DNA of 32,000 nt from an uncultured archaeon (GTDB taxonomy: Archaea > Asgardarchaeota > Thorarchaeia > Thorarchaeales > CAZPUN01): contig CAZPUN010000017.1 in NCBI GenBank assembly GCA_964589775.1, forward strand, positions 69,266 through 101,265, read 5' to 3'. The notes under the pieces were generated by a model. It ran no database searches. It was not told the origin of the DNA and was given only the letters and a program-made list of their open reading frames with translations. Position 1 is the first letter of the stretch; each line of letters opens with the position of its first letter. Both the position numbers and the translations under genes were made by a program. Positions 18,329 to 27,608 of this stretch are shown piece after piece.

Positions 18329-19195
18329 TCATAATATTTTATTAAGTATATCCTTATGAGATATAGAATAACCCAATTCAGTAAAGAATGTAGAAATATT
18401 GAACAGATCACGCTCTAAAAATTTCATTCCATATTTTGATGTTAGGGGAACTGCTTGCCCCCAATCGATAATGAAGGGCTTTAAATCACTAAGGCGAATT
18501 ATTATATTATATGCACTTAAATCGCCATGAACAAGATGTGCATTTTTTGAAATTCGTATGACATTTTCTAAAATTAAATCTACCATGTCTTCACTTATTA
18601 ATTCTTTGTCGATCTCAGATAATAGAATACCATCAATATACTCAAGTAATACAACATTATTTGCAATAGACTTTGGCATAGGTACACTGACTTTTGATTC
18701 CCACGCTTTTATTAAATTATTAAATTCTCTTTTTGCAGAGTCTTTTGAAAGAATAAACCAGTTTACATCAATAGGGCTTATATTTCTAGAACGAACTACA
18801 GATTTAAAACTTGGAAAACCTAGCCTAAAGATTTTAACAGCCAAAATTTCATTTATAGGAGATATACCTTTCAGAACATAGGATTCTTTACCGACACCAA
18901 TATTTCCTAACAAGCCACTTATTTGATTCTTAACCTTAAGATAGTGTAAAGAAATCAAATCAAGTCCATACGGTTCAAGAGCAACACCAAAATAAGGCGA
19001 TTTCTTAACTTTTATTAATCCATATCCTTTTAAATATTTCAAAATGTTTTCAACTGCTTCTTCTGAAGTTTTTAATTTTTTAGACAATAATTTTACTGGA
19101 ACAAATTTATATTTATTCAAATTATGTTCAAGGAATGTTAAGATTTCAATATCAATATCTCGGAGGATACTTAGTGCTTTGTATAATTGATACAT
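18329..19195 (-). CDS. rio2: RIO2-type serine kinase (SSU biogenesis) with N-terminal winged helix
   Basis: wHTH N-terminus, IGVGKES.V, AVKIFRLG..SF, SAKREF, VP.P, HGDLS.YNI, IIDW.Q. Confidence 0.9.
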   Translation of the reverse strand: MYQLYKALSILRDIDIEILTFLEHNLNKYKFVPVKLLSKKLKTSEEAVENILKYLKGYGLIKVKKSPYFGVALEPYGLDLISLHYLKVKNQISGLLGNIGVGKESYVLKGISPINEILAVKIFRLGFPSFKSVVRSRNISPIDVNWFILSKDSAKREFNNLIKAWESKVSVPMPKSIANNVVLLEYIDGILLSEIDKELISEDMVDLILENVIRISKNAHLVHGDLSAYNIIIRLSDLKPFIIDWGQAVPLTSKYGMKFLERDLFNISTFFTELGYSISHKDILNKIL

Positions 19196-19309
19196 AATTT
19201 TTAGAAGTTGTTTTTTAATTAAAAATTCTTTGATTTAAAACTTAATTTATAAATTTAAATATCTATAGAAATTAGTAAAAATACAAAATATAGTAAAATC
19301 GTGATTAAT

Positions 19310-19594
19310 ATGACAGATAAAAAAACATACGCAATTCAATTAAACGATAACGAACAAGATTTAGAAATTTTAAAAGTAATAATCTCGTCATGGAATGTAT
19401 TAAAAGTCCTAAAACAAGGAAAACAGGATATAACAACAATTGCAAAAGAAATTAATCAAACAGAAGCAAATATCAGTATGAAAATAAAAAAATTACAAAA
19501 ATTGGGTATTGTAAAATGTTTCTTTGAACCAGCAGAACATGGCGTAAGAAAAATTTGCGAGATTCAACCAACGGAAATAAAAATAGTTCTATGA
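19310..19594 (+). CDS. ArsR-like winged-helix transcriptional regulator
   Basis: DITTIAKEINQTEANISMKIKKLQKLGIV HTH plus wing (P..HGVRKIC); start either GTG 19301 or ATG 19310. Confidence 0.8.
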   Translation: MTDKKTYAIQLNDNEQDLEILKVIISSWNVLKVLKQGKQDITTIAKEINQTEANISMKIKKLQKLGIVKCFFEPAEHGVRKICEIQPTEIKIVL

Positions 19595-20044
19595 GCCAGA
19601 TAAGATTTTTCGCCATTTTTCAATATTTGAGATTATATAATCTTTTTGATCATCAGATAAAAGGGGAACACTCCATTTTGTCACCTCATCACACAAAGAT
19701 TCAACTTCACGACGTATTGTTGTAAATTCGGAATCGCCAATAAGTCTCAATAATGATTGTCGAATTATTTCTGCAATATCAAAAGAAGACAACGAACTCG
19801 TTTTAATTTCATTTATTAATGGATCAATTACACGAGAAACCTTAGATGGCGGAATGGCAGGAATACTTTTTGATGTAGATTCTTTGATTTTTGAACCCTC
19901 GATAGAACGAGTAGATGAGGAAAAATCAATTCGATTTAGAGTGTCTTTAATTTCAATAATTTTATTTGAAAGAATTCGTAAAACAGTTTGCATCTCTTCA
20001 AGGTCGCTAAGAATCTTTTCTATCTCCGGAGATTTTTCAGACAT
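19589..20044 (-). CDS. Hypothetical all-helical protein (coiled coil, Ser/Pro linker, helical bundle)
   Basis: About 150-aa ORF filling the gap between two regulators; start either ATG 20042-20044 or GTG 20051-20053. Confidence 0.7.
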   Translation of the reverse strand: MSEKSPEIEKILSDLEEMQTVLRILSNKIIEIKDTLNRIDFSSSTRSIEGSKIKESTSKSIPAIPPSKVSRVIDPLINEIKTSSLSSFDIAEIIRQSLLRLIGDSEFTTIRREVESLCDEVTKWSVPLLSDDQKDYIISNIEKWRKILSGS

Positions 20045-20092
20045 TTTAAACACAAATTGTATAATAGCCCAAAAGGAATAAAAAGTTTATTA

Positions 20093-21034
20093 CTAAAGAC
20101 GTTCATTAATTAAATCATTCAACTCGTGAAAACTTTCTAAATCTTTTAAGATTTTAACCTCCAATAAAACGACCCCATCGATATTATCGGTTTCAGCTTT
20201 CTCATTTATGAACATTACAGCAGGTTCGTTAAATATATTTGAAAAGCTAGAAATAAGAGATATTTTTTTCTTAATTCTATGTGTATTCATTTTTGCAATT
20301 CCGGATATTAATCGATATTTTTCTTTTGTAATAAAATTAAATGGAGAACGCCTAGTCCATATAGGCTCCAATCCAATTCTACGGATATATAGATCAATCA
20401 CTTGCTCTATCGCAGCCTCAGGCATCCAACTAGGCTCTTCAGGAGGCTCAAATCGTTCGGAAAACGAAATAGGTTCAATAAGATCAATATCTAATATCTC
20501 TTCTAATGCAATAGCTATATCTAAAGATACGGAGATTTCACCACCCTCATATGCAAATAAAGCTCGGGGAGTTATATTCAAAAGAGTTGATAATTCACGA
20601 ACGGAGATATTCTTTGCTTTTCTTGCATTTTTTAAAGCCTCAGCATTAATTTTTACAAATCTACCTCCGCGTTGAACAAAAATATAAGGTAATGTTCTAT
20701 TAACAAGAAATGCTAAGAAAGTTTCGACACTTACAGCAGGAACACCATATCTCTCATAAATCATATCTTTTTCTAGAATAGTACGACGATTGCGATATCC
20801 AATTATGATTGGTGTAGCTCTTAGAATCTTGGCTAAATATGATAATTCCTCAGCATCTTCCGATTTAAATGCATCTACATTATATAATATCTTAATTAAT
20901 AATATTTCATAGTCTTTTCGAGCAACGATATCAAAACAGCTAGGTCTAAGATCGCAAAAGGTGGATACTACATAGCCATTATCTTCTAATGCATTTTGTA
21001 TAAGAGATATGATTTCTTTTCGTGTGTTAGACAT
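20093..21034 (-). CDS. Conserved archaeal HTH transcriptional regulator (COG1395/MJ1164-like, XRE-type HTH)
   Basis: SCFDIVAR, IKIL.NVD, P.IIG, YERYGVP, RGG.FV.I, central HTH with YE.G, RSPF; ATG 21032-21034 with GGTGG SD. Confidence 0.85.
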   Translation of the reverse strand: MSNTRKEIISLIQNALEDNGYVVSTFCDLRPSCFDIVARKDYEILLIKILYNVDAFKSEDAEELSYLAKILRATPIIIGYRNRRTILEKDMIYERYGVPAVSVETFLAFLVNRTLPYIFVQRGGRFVKINAEALKNARKAKNISVRELSTLLNITPRALFAYEGGEISVSLDIAIALEEILDIDLIEPISFSERFEPPEEPSWMPEAAIEQVIDLYIRRIGLEPIWTRRSPFNFITKEKYRLISGIAKMNTHRIKKKISLISSFSNIFNEPAVMFINEKAETDNIDGVVLLEVKILKDLESFHELNDLINERL

Positions 21035-21124
21035 TCGTATCCACCAAGTATATATTTTATATCTATTCAATTTATAAGAATTAAGATATTACAAAAAATA
21101 AATTATATGTTTTTTACATAAAAA

Positions 21125-21565
21125 TCATTTAACACTAAATGCGATAATACTAAGGGTGCGAAACATTTTTCGAAATTGCATAATATGAGGCTTATATAGG
21201 ACAAAAGAACTACTATCAATTTTTTTAAGATATTCGGAATAGTTTTCTGTAGAAATCTCGCCTAACACAATTTTTACAGATAAAACATTGTATTTTGAAC
21301 CACTAACAGTATATGCACCACTACCAAGATCAATACGCCTCAAAAATACAATAGGTAATGAAACATATCTGTAAAATTTATCAGGAATTAATGAAATAAA
21401 CTCTTTAAATTCTGATTCTGAAATATAATGATATGATGAATCTTTTAATTTGAAATGAAATAATTTATTCTTTAAGATAGTCTCAATGTTTCGAAATTCG
21501 ACAGGAACATGATCATTCAAATGCGATAGTTCATTCTCAATGACTTTATCAATAAATTTAAACAT
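21125..21565 (-). CDS. DUF61/UPF0216 family protein
   Basis: LNDHVP, LKD.S.H.I...E, LPI, LYKP.I...RK.FRT motifs; directly downstream of fibrillarin; ATG 21563-21565 with GAGG SD. Confidence 0.75.
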   Translation of the reverse strand: MFKFIDKVIENELSHLNDHVPVEFRNIETILKNKLFHFKLKDSSYHYISESEFKEFISLIPDKFYRYVSLPIVFLRRIDLGSGAYTVSGSKYNVLSVKIVLGEISTENYSEYLKKIDSSSFVLYKPHIMQFRKMFRTLSIIAFSVK

Positions 21566-21581
21566 TTTGAGATCCTCGGAA

Positions 21582-22268
21582 TTACTTATATTTTGCAAGG
21601 ATCATTATATGGTCTTTTTCAAGAGGATCAAGATTTATTTGTTCAAGAATTTCAATACCATGGTCTATGAGATATTTTATTTCATTTTTGTAAATAGACT
21701 TAGGGTCTTTTGTTACATCAATACTTCTAGCTTTTATTGCTAATAAGATATACGAATTGTTTTTCGCATAAAATTCTGCATTTTTAACAACAATTTCTGA
21801 TTGAAATGGTTGTGCAATATCCTGATAAAGAACATCTACAGTATTAACAAAATGAGAATACATGTCGGGCTTTCTAGCATCAGCAACAATAGGTGCAATA
21901 TTCTTACGGGATCTAGCTAAGACCACTAAAGACCTTGAAACATGAGGGGCGAATTCAACAGCATATATCATACCACGATCTAAGACAATGTCAGAAATAT
22001 GACTTACTGTGGTACCTGAAGCCGCGCCCAAATATAAAACAGTACTCCCAGGAACAACAGGAAGTTTATTCAGACCACTTAATATAGCTGCAGACAATTT
22101 TGAACGATAGGGTGACCAAATTCGAAATTCTTCTGATTTGAAATTAACTAAACGCTCACCATAAACAGACTTACCCGGCGTTAAATTTTTCGTTGCAAGT
22201 TTAGTAGTATTAACTTGTTTAACATAGTACACACCAGAAAATTTAGGATGCGGTTCCACAATATTCAT
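21582..22268 (-). CDS. flpA: Fibrillarin, box C/D 2'-O-methyltransferase
   Basis: LATKNL.PG.SVYGE, W.PYRSKL.AAI, VLYLGAASGTTVSH.SD, AVEF, DARKP, KARSIDVT, L.P.EKDH. Confidence 0.97.
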   Translation of the reverse strand: MNIVEPHPKFSGVYYVKQVNTTKLATKNLTPGKSVYGERLVNFKSEEFRIWSPYRSKLSAAILSGLNKLPVVPGSTVLYLGAASGTTVSHISDIVLDRGMIYAVEFAPHVSRSLVVLARSRKNIAPIVADARKPDMYSHFVNTVDVLYQDIAQPFQSEIVVKNAEFYAKNNSYILLAIKARSIDVTKDPKSIYKNEIKYLIDHGIEILEQINLDPLEKDHIMILAKYK

Positions 22269-22269
22269 T

Positions 22270-23499
22270 TTAATTTCGTCTCCGTTTAGATTTCTTACCT
22301 TTCGATTTATTTTTCCGCTTACTTGATTTTACTTTACGTGAAGATTTCTTAGGAGCTACAGGATATTTTCGCCTAATTTCATCCAATCTCTTTTGAAAAC
22401 GTAGTTGAAGATATTCTGAAATATTTCTTCGCGATATTGAATCAACTTTTGCAGCTATAGAAATTAACCCAGACAGCATACGTGCAATTTTTCCACGTTG
22501 CCAATAGGGTGCCAGACCAATAGCAGGATGCTGAAAGATTATTCCATGTTTTGGAGGATTTGCACCACTTTTTAATGATCTAAATAAAGCTTTTTCTGCA
22601 CCCAATACTTGAATTGTACTTGATGGCTTAGATGCAAGGACTTCAAGACCCCCGGCGAGACTTATCAATCTTGCACCTAATAAGGCACCAACTAAAGATG
22701 TAATGTTTGGTGCAATCTTATTCATTTTAGTTTCAATGTATTTTACTAGCTCATCTCTAAATTTTATGAGTTGCAAAATTTGTTCAGATAATCTTACAAC
22801 AGGTAATATATCAGATTGTGGAAATTTTGCGCCCATAGGATCCTTCGCAATATTAATGATTTCTTCAATTTTTTCATCCGGAATATTCAGATCATGAAGT
22901 GCATCAAATGTGAATTTTTCTTTACTACCCAATGAAAATATTATGGAAGTATATAGATCGGGGTCATTTACAATTTTATCAAGCATTGGAAAATATAAAC
23001 CATACCATTCTCTTAATCTAGATTGCAATCCGTTAATTATTTTATCTAAATCATCTACAGTATTAATTGCTTGAATAATTAAGCGATCATCTTTTTCTTC
23101 AGACGTTCGTATTATATACTCAGAAAATTTGATAGATTCACGTCGAATTGCTTCTTTATAACTATTATAATCAATTTTTAATCCGGTGTATTCGAGATAT
23201 TTTAATGGTGATGAACGAAAAATAAGACCACCAACACTTGGAGATTCATATATAATTGGGCCTTTATTAATATCTAAATTATCAAAAATATACTTATTTT
23301 CAACGACTATTTTTTCAACACCCATTTCAATTAAATCATTAATTAAATCAATAACAATAGAGGTATCTTGCCCAGTAGCTAATTTTATTAAAGGAGATAT
23401 ATCATCAGATACCGAATCAAATATACGATAACTCAGCAAATTACCATCATTGTCTAATGCAAATATGCCATATATTGATGAAACAATGTTCGCAATCAT
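22270..23499 (-). CDS. nop5: Nop5 (Nop56/58) box C/D RNP scaffold
   Basis: IIQAI, RLREWYG.YFP, IAPN...LVG.LLGARLI..AG, STIQVLGAEKALF, PPKHGIIFQ, RGKIAR; basic tail. Confidence 0.97.
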   Translation of the reverse strand: MIANIVSSIYGIFALDNDGNLLSYRIFDSVSDDISPLIKLATGQDTSIVIDLINDLIEMGVEKIVVENKYIFDNLDINKGPIIYESPSVGGLIFRSSPLKYLEYTGLKIDYNSYKEAIRRESIKFSEYIIRTSEEKDDRLIIQAINTVDDLDKIINGLQSRLREWYGLYFPMLDKIVNDPDLYTSIIFSLGSKEKFTFDALHDLNIPDEKIEEIINIAKDPMGAKFPQSDILPVVRLSEQILQLIKFRDELVKYIETKMNKIAPNITSLVGALLGARLISLAGGLEVLASKPSSTIQVLGAEKALFRSLKSGANPPKHGIIFQHPAIGLAPYWQRGKIARMLSGLISIAAKVDSISRRNISEYLQLRFQKRLDEIRRKYPVAPKKSSRKVKSSKRKNKSKGKKSKRRRN

Positions 23500-23585
23500 A
23501 TTTGAACACAGCCATATATCATTATTACATCACTACTATAAAGTTTAATTATATAAATAAAAATAAACTATAAAGGTGCAAAATT

Positions 23586-24455
23586 TTGAAAATTAAGGGA
23601 TTGTGGTTAGCAGCTGGAATTTTGGGTGTTTCAGGCGCCATATTAAAAAGAGTTGCAGAAGCCGGAGCGGATGCAGTTATTACAAAATCCTTAGGCATGA
23701 TCCCAAGAGAAGGATATCCTACACCGATCATAGCATCATTTGATAATTCTCTAATTAATGCTGTAGGGCTCACAAATCCAGGAATTCACAACTTTATTGG
23801 TGAAATAAAAATAGCAAAAGAGGGGCAAAAACCGGTAATTGTAAGTATCTTTGGTTCTGATGAGGAAGAGTTTGCGAAAATTGCGAAGATTGCAGAAAAT
23901 GCGGGCGCAGATGCAATAGAATTAAATGTATCATGCCCACATGCAAAAGTTTCTCAAATTGGTCAAAGTGCGGAATTAACATATGAAGTAACAAAAGCCG
24001 TAAAGTCAAAAATACAAATTCCAGTAATTGTCAAGCTGACACCAAATGTAACTGATATCGTTGAAATTGCTCAAGCGGCCGAAGAAGCAGGTGCAGATGC
24101 TATTACAGCAATAAATACAATTAAAGCTATTGCTATTGATATATATCTAAAAAAGCCAATACTTGGAAATAAATTTGGAGGATTATCTGGACCTGCTATT
24201 TTTCCAATTGCTTTAAGGAATGTATATGATATTTATGAAAATATAAATATTCCAATAATTGGAAGTGGAGGTGTAACAGATTGGAAAACAGCAATTGCAA
24301 TGCATTTAGCAGGGGCATCTGCAATTCAAATTGGTACAGCTTTACTTGACGGATTAGACATTTTTGAAAGAATAAAATCGGGAATCAAAGAATATCTGTC
24401 AAAAGAAGGGTTTAGAGATGTTTCAGAAATAGTGGGATTGGCTCATAAAAAATAG
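23586..24455 (+). CDS. pyrD: Dihydroorotate dehydrogenase 1B catalytic subunit
   Basis: LAAG, TKS, NAVGL.NPG, ELNVSCPH, VKLTPN, AINT, GGLSG, GSGG, QIGT; TTG start with AGGTG SD. Confidence 0.96.
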   Translation: MKIKGLWLAAGILGVSGAILKRVAEAGADAVITKSLGMIPREGYPTPIIASFDNSLINAVGLTNPGIHNFIGEIKIAKEGQKPVIVSIFGSDEEEFAKIAKIAENAGADAIELNVSCPHAKVSQIGQSAELTYEVTKAVKSKIQIPVIVKLTPNVTDIVEIAQAAEEAGADAITAINTIKAIAIDIYLKKPILGNKFGGLSGPAIFPIALRNVYDIYENINIPIIGSGGVTDWKTAIAMHLAGASAIQIGTALLDGLDIFERIKSGIKEYLSKEGFRDVSEIVGLAHKK

Positions 24456-24469
24456 ATGGGTGAAAATAA

Positions 24470-25282
24470 GTGCAAGTTAACATAGGTAATTATAGAATCC
24501 GAAAAGTATCAAACATAATTCAAGAAACACCAAATATTGTTTCAATTGAAATAAATGATGAATTTACAAATAATATAAAACCTGGACAATTTGTAATGCT
24601 ATCAATTCCCGGTTATGAGGAAATACCTATGAGTATTTCAGGTATTTTTAAGAATTCAATAAGATTATCAGTCGCTAAAAGAGGAAAAACAACAGAGCGT
24701 ATCCATAAATTAGTACAGGGAGAAATGATAGGGATAAGAGGCCCCTTTGGTAATGGTTTTTCATTACAATCAAATAAGCCAATAATTGTGGGGGGCGGAA
24801 TTGGACTCGCTCCATTAATGCCATTGATACACTATTTTGAATCAAATAAAAATCTGAAAATAATAGTAGGCTCAAGAACGAAAAGTGAAATACCTTTCAA
24901 AAAATATTTGGATAAATTAAGCGAACAAATTGAAATTATCTATTATACAGATGATGGCACATATGGAAATAAGGGAACTGCGGTTGATGGATTATTAAGA
25001 ACAAAACTGAGCAAATATGACAAAATTTATACATGCGGTCCAGAATTAATGATGAAATCAATATTTGATATCGCAATTAAAAACCAAATAGATCTTGAAG
25101 CTAGTTTAGAAAGATACATGAAATGTGGAGTTGGAATTTGTGGACATTGTGCAATGGATCCTATTGGATGGAGAGTATGTAAAGATGGTCCAGTTGCAAA
25201 CAAAGATATACTACGGCAATTATCAGAATTTGGAAAATACTATAGAGATAAATTTGGATTGAAAATTATTTATAAAAATTAG
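24470..25282 (+). CDS. pyrK: Dihydroorotate dehydrogenase electron transfer subunit
   Basis: PGQFVM, EIPMS, RGPFGNGF, GGGIGLAPL, TDDG.YG, CGPE.MM, SLERYMKCGVGICGHC, VCKDGPV. Confidence 0.95.
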   Translation: MQVNIGNYRIRKVSNIIQETPNIVSIEINDEFTNNIKPGQFVMLSIPGYEEIPMSISGIFKNSIRLSVAKRGKTTERIHKLVQGEMIGIRGPFGNGFSLQSNKPIIVGGGIGLAPLMPLIHYFESNKNLKIIVGSRTKSEIPFKKYLDKLSEQIEIIYYTDDGTYGNKGTAVDGLLRTKLSKYDKIYTCGPELMMKSIFDIAIKNQIDLEASLERYMKCGVGICGHCAMDPIGWRVCKDGPVANKDILRQLSEFGKYYRDKFGLKIIYKN

Positions 25283-25290
25283 ATTTGAGA

Positions 25291-25314
25291 TGTTGGTAGA
25301 ATTATCTACCAACA
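25291..25314. repeat. Perfect 10-bp inverted repeat with 4-nt spacer at the pyrK/rps30e convergence (possible terminator or 3'-end hairpin)
   Basis: TGTTGGTAGA-ATTA-TCTACCAACA read directly from the sequence; function is inferred. Confidence 0.55.
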
Positions 25315-25457
25315 GTTCGACCTTTTACAAATCGTTTTATATAATTTCGCTTATTTCTTACACGTGGTATTGGCGTATGACGCTCTCTTGCAGGAACCTT
25401 TGGAGTCTTTTCACGAACCCTACCTGCTTTTGTTAATGAACCATGAGAACCTGGCAT
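25302..25457 (-). CDS. rps30e: 30S ribosomal protein S30e (51 aa; not in the ORF track)
   Basis: Manual translation MPGSHGSLTKAGRVREKTPKVPARERHTPIPRVRNKRNYIKRFVKGRTVGR*; HGSL.KAG.VR..TPK is the S30e signature; GAGGT SD. Confidence 0.96.
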   Translation of the reverse strand: MPGSHGSLTKAGRVREKTPKVPARERHTPIPRVRNKRNYIKRFVKGRTVGR

Positions 25458-25578
25458 AATAATTACCTCATTAATATCTAATTAAACACATTAGATTACC
25501 ACTATTTTCTACATATAAGGATTTCTTTATATATCCAAGCATATAAAATAAAATAGTTTTTTACAGGGTGATAAATAA

Positions 25579-27183
25579 ATGGATATGGTAAGTTCAGAAA
25601 CAGAATATAAGGCATGCCGCGAAATAATTGAGTACTTGTTAAAGAATCCTACAACAGATAGACGCATCATAAATAGATACAAGAATAAAATATCTGCAAA
25701 ATATCATCTTAATAAGATCCCAACGAACGCAACGGTTTTATCGCATGCCACAGAAGAAGAGTATGAAATCTTACGACCAATGTTACAAAAAAGACCTGTT
25801 AGAACAATATCAGGTGTGGCAATAGTTGCAGTAATGACTAAACCATTTCCATGCCCACATGGACGGTGCGTATATTGTCCGGGGGGACCTCAGCAAGGTG
25901 TACCTCAAAGTTATACAGGTTATGAACCAGCAACTATGCGAGGATTACAAAATGAGTTTGACCCTAGAAAACAAGTAGAAAACAGATTAAGACAGCTATC
26001 AGAAATCGGGCATAATATAGAAAAAACAGAACTAATAATAATGGGAGGCACTTTCCCAGCAACCCCTAGAAAATATCAAGAGTGGTTTGTAACTGAGTGC
26101 TTAAATGGCATGACCGGAAAAAATGCAACAACAATTGAAGAAGCACAAAAATATGCGGAAACCTCAAAAATACGAAATGTTGCAATAACAATTGAAACAA
26201 GACCGGATTACTCAAAACAGAAACACATTGATTTCATGTTGCATTTAGGTGCAACACGTGTCGAAATAGGGGTTCAATCAGTTTATGAAGAACAATTACT
26301 TTTAGTAAAACGAGGACATACAGTAAAAGATACAATTGAAGCAACACGTTTGCTAAAAGATTCAGGATTAAAGGTTACATATCACATTATGCCAGGTCTT
26401 CCAGGATATACTTATGAGAAAGATCTAGAAATGTTCAAAATAATTTTTTCTAATCCAGATTTTATGCCGGATATGATGAAAATATATCCAACTTTAGTAA
26501 TAAAAGGTACTGAACTATATGATATGTGGATGCGTGGAGAGTATGAACCATACACGAACGAAGAAATAGTTAATTTAATTACTGATGCTTTTCAGTACTT
26601 CCCAAAATGGCTAAGGATTCAAAGAATGCAACGAGACATCCCAGCATATAAAATAGATGCAGGACCAAATAAAGGAAATCTAAGAGAATTAATATTTTCG
26701 AATTTAGCAAAACGTGGAAGAAAATGTCACACTTTGAGATGCAGAGAAATTGGTCACAAAATAATAAGAGGCGAGATACCCGTACAAGATGAAAAACCAA
26801 TATTAAGAGTTACAGAATATGATGCATCTCATGGAATAGAGTATTTTATGGAATATGTTTTTGAGAGTATAGATGGTGTAATTGGTTATCTCAGATTGAG
26901 AGATCCCAGCGAGTTATCACAAAGGAAAGAAATTGCAAATTATGATTCAATGATCATCAGAGAACTAAAGGTAGTGGGTGAATCAATACCTATTGGAAAA
27001 CACGATATGAAAGGATGGCAACATAAAGGAATAGGAAGAAAATTAATTGAACATGCAGAGGAAATTGCAATTCAAAAGGGCAAAGAAAAAATGCTCATAA
27101 TGAGTGCTATAGGAACTAGAGAATATTACAGAAAATTTGGATACAAGAGAGATGGCCCATATATGTCAAAACACCTAAGATGA
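25579..27183 (+). CDS. elp3: tRNA uridine(34) acetyltransferase Elp3 (radical SAM plus KAT)
   Basis: RTISGVA.VAVM, CPHGRCVYCPGG, QSYTG.EPA, GGTF, ETRPD, E.GVQ, KIYPTLV, R.QRDIP, CRE, WQHKGIG, G.R.YY.K.GY...GPYMSK. Confidence 0.97.
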   Translation: MDMVSSETEYKACREIIEYLLKNPTTDRRIINRYKNKISAKYHLNKIPTNATVLSHATEEEYEILRPMLQKRPVRTISGVAIVAVMTKPFPCPHGRCVYCPGGPQQGVPQSYTGYEPATMRGLQNEFDPRKQVENRLRQLSEIGHNIEKTELIIMGGTFPATPRKYQEWFVTECLNGMTGKNATTIEEAQKYAETSKIRNVAITIETRPDYSKQKHIDFMLHLGATRVEIGVQSVYEEQLLLVKRGHTVKDTIEATRLLKDSGLKVTYHIMPGLPGYTYEKDLEMFKIIFSNPDFMPDMMKIYPTLVIKGTELYDMWMRGEYEPYTNEEIVNLITDAFQYFPKWLRIQRMQRDIPAYKIDAGPNKGNLRELIFSNLAKRGRKCHTLRCREIGHKIIRGEIPVQDEKPILRVTEYDASHGIEYFMEYVFESIDGVIGYLRLRDPSELSQRKEIANYDSMIIRELKVVGESIPIGKHDMKGWQHKGIGRKLIEHAEEIAIQKGKEKMLIMSAIGTREYYRKFGYKRDGPYMSKHLR

Positions 27184-27210
27184 GAAATTGAATAAGAACA
27201 ATGATAGTTC

Positions 27211-27459
27211 TTATTCGCTCTCAATCATTTGAATATATAGGATATTATTTCCACGGATAAAAACAGGACCATACTTTGTAGAAACTGAATCGCCATCCAT
27301 AAGTTCTGCATCATCTAATGTTAAATTCATAAATGTATCCACTCGACTCAAGCGGCCTTTAAATTTCCGTCCATCTTTTAAACGGATCGCAACAATCTCA
27401 TTCAGAGCTTTTGCAAGCATTTTGGTAGGTATTAAGGATTCCAAAGCTAACGCCTCCAT
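27211..27459 (-). CDS. Sm-like archaeal protein (SmAP2-type / Lsm)
   Basis: Sm1 (LKDG..F.G.L..VD.FMNL.L) and Sm2 (KYG.VFIRGNNILYI) motifs. Confidence 0.92.
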   Translation of the reverse strand: MEALALESLIPTKMLAKALNEIVAIRLKDGRKFKGRLSRVDTFMNLTLDDAELMDGDSVSTKYGPVFIRGNNILYIQMIESE

Positions 27460-27608
27460 ATCAAATCAATATTCCATAGTTTTAAAGTTTACTAAATATA
27501 CGTGACTACGCAATTCTTTAACCAAATACGTATTTAACTTTGATGATTAATTGCAAATAAATAAATTAAAAAACAATTTGAACAATAAATTTTGTAGAGG
27601 AATAAGAT

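Noticed and set aside
19196-19300. AT-only palindromes (TTTTTAATTAAAAA, AATTTATAAATT) as operator sites for the ArsR-like regulator
   Set aside because: Indistinguishable from background in an almost purely AT intergenic region.
23500-23545. Possible K-turn (GUGAUG...AUGA) upstream of nop5 for L7Ae autoregulation
   Set aside because: Boxes are imperfect (no CUGA), there is no flanking stem, and the site probably lies too close to the TATA box to be transcribed.
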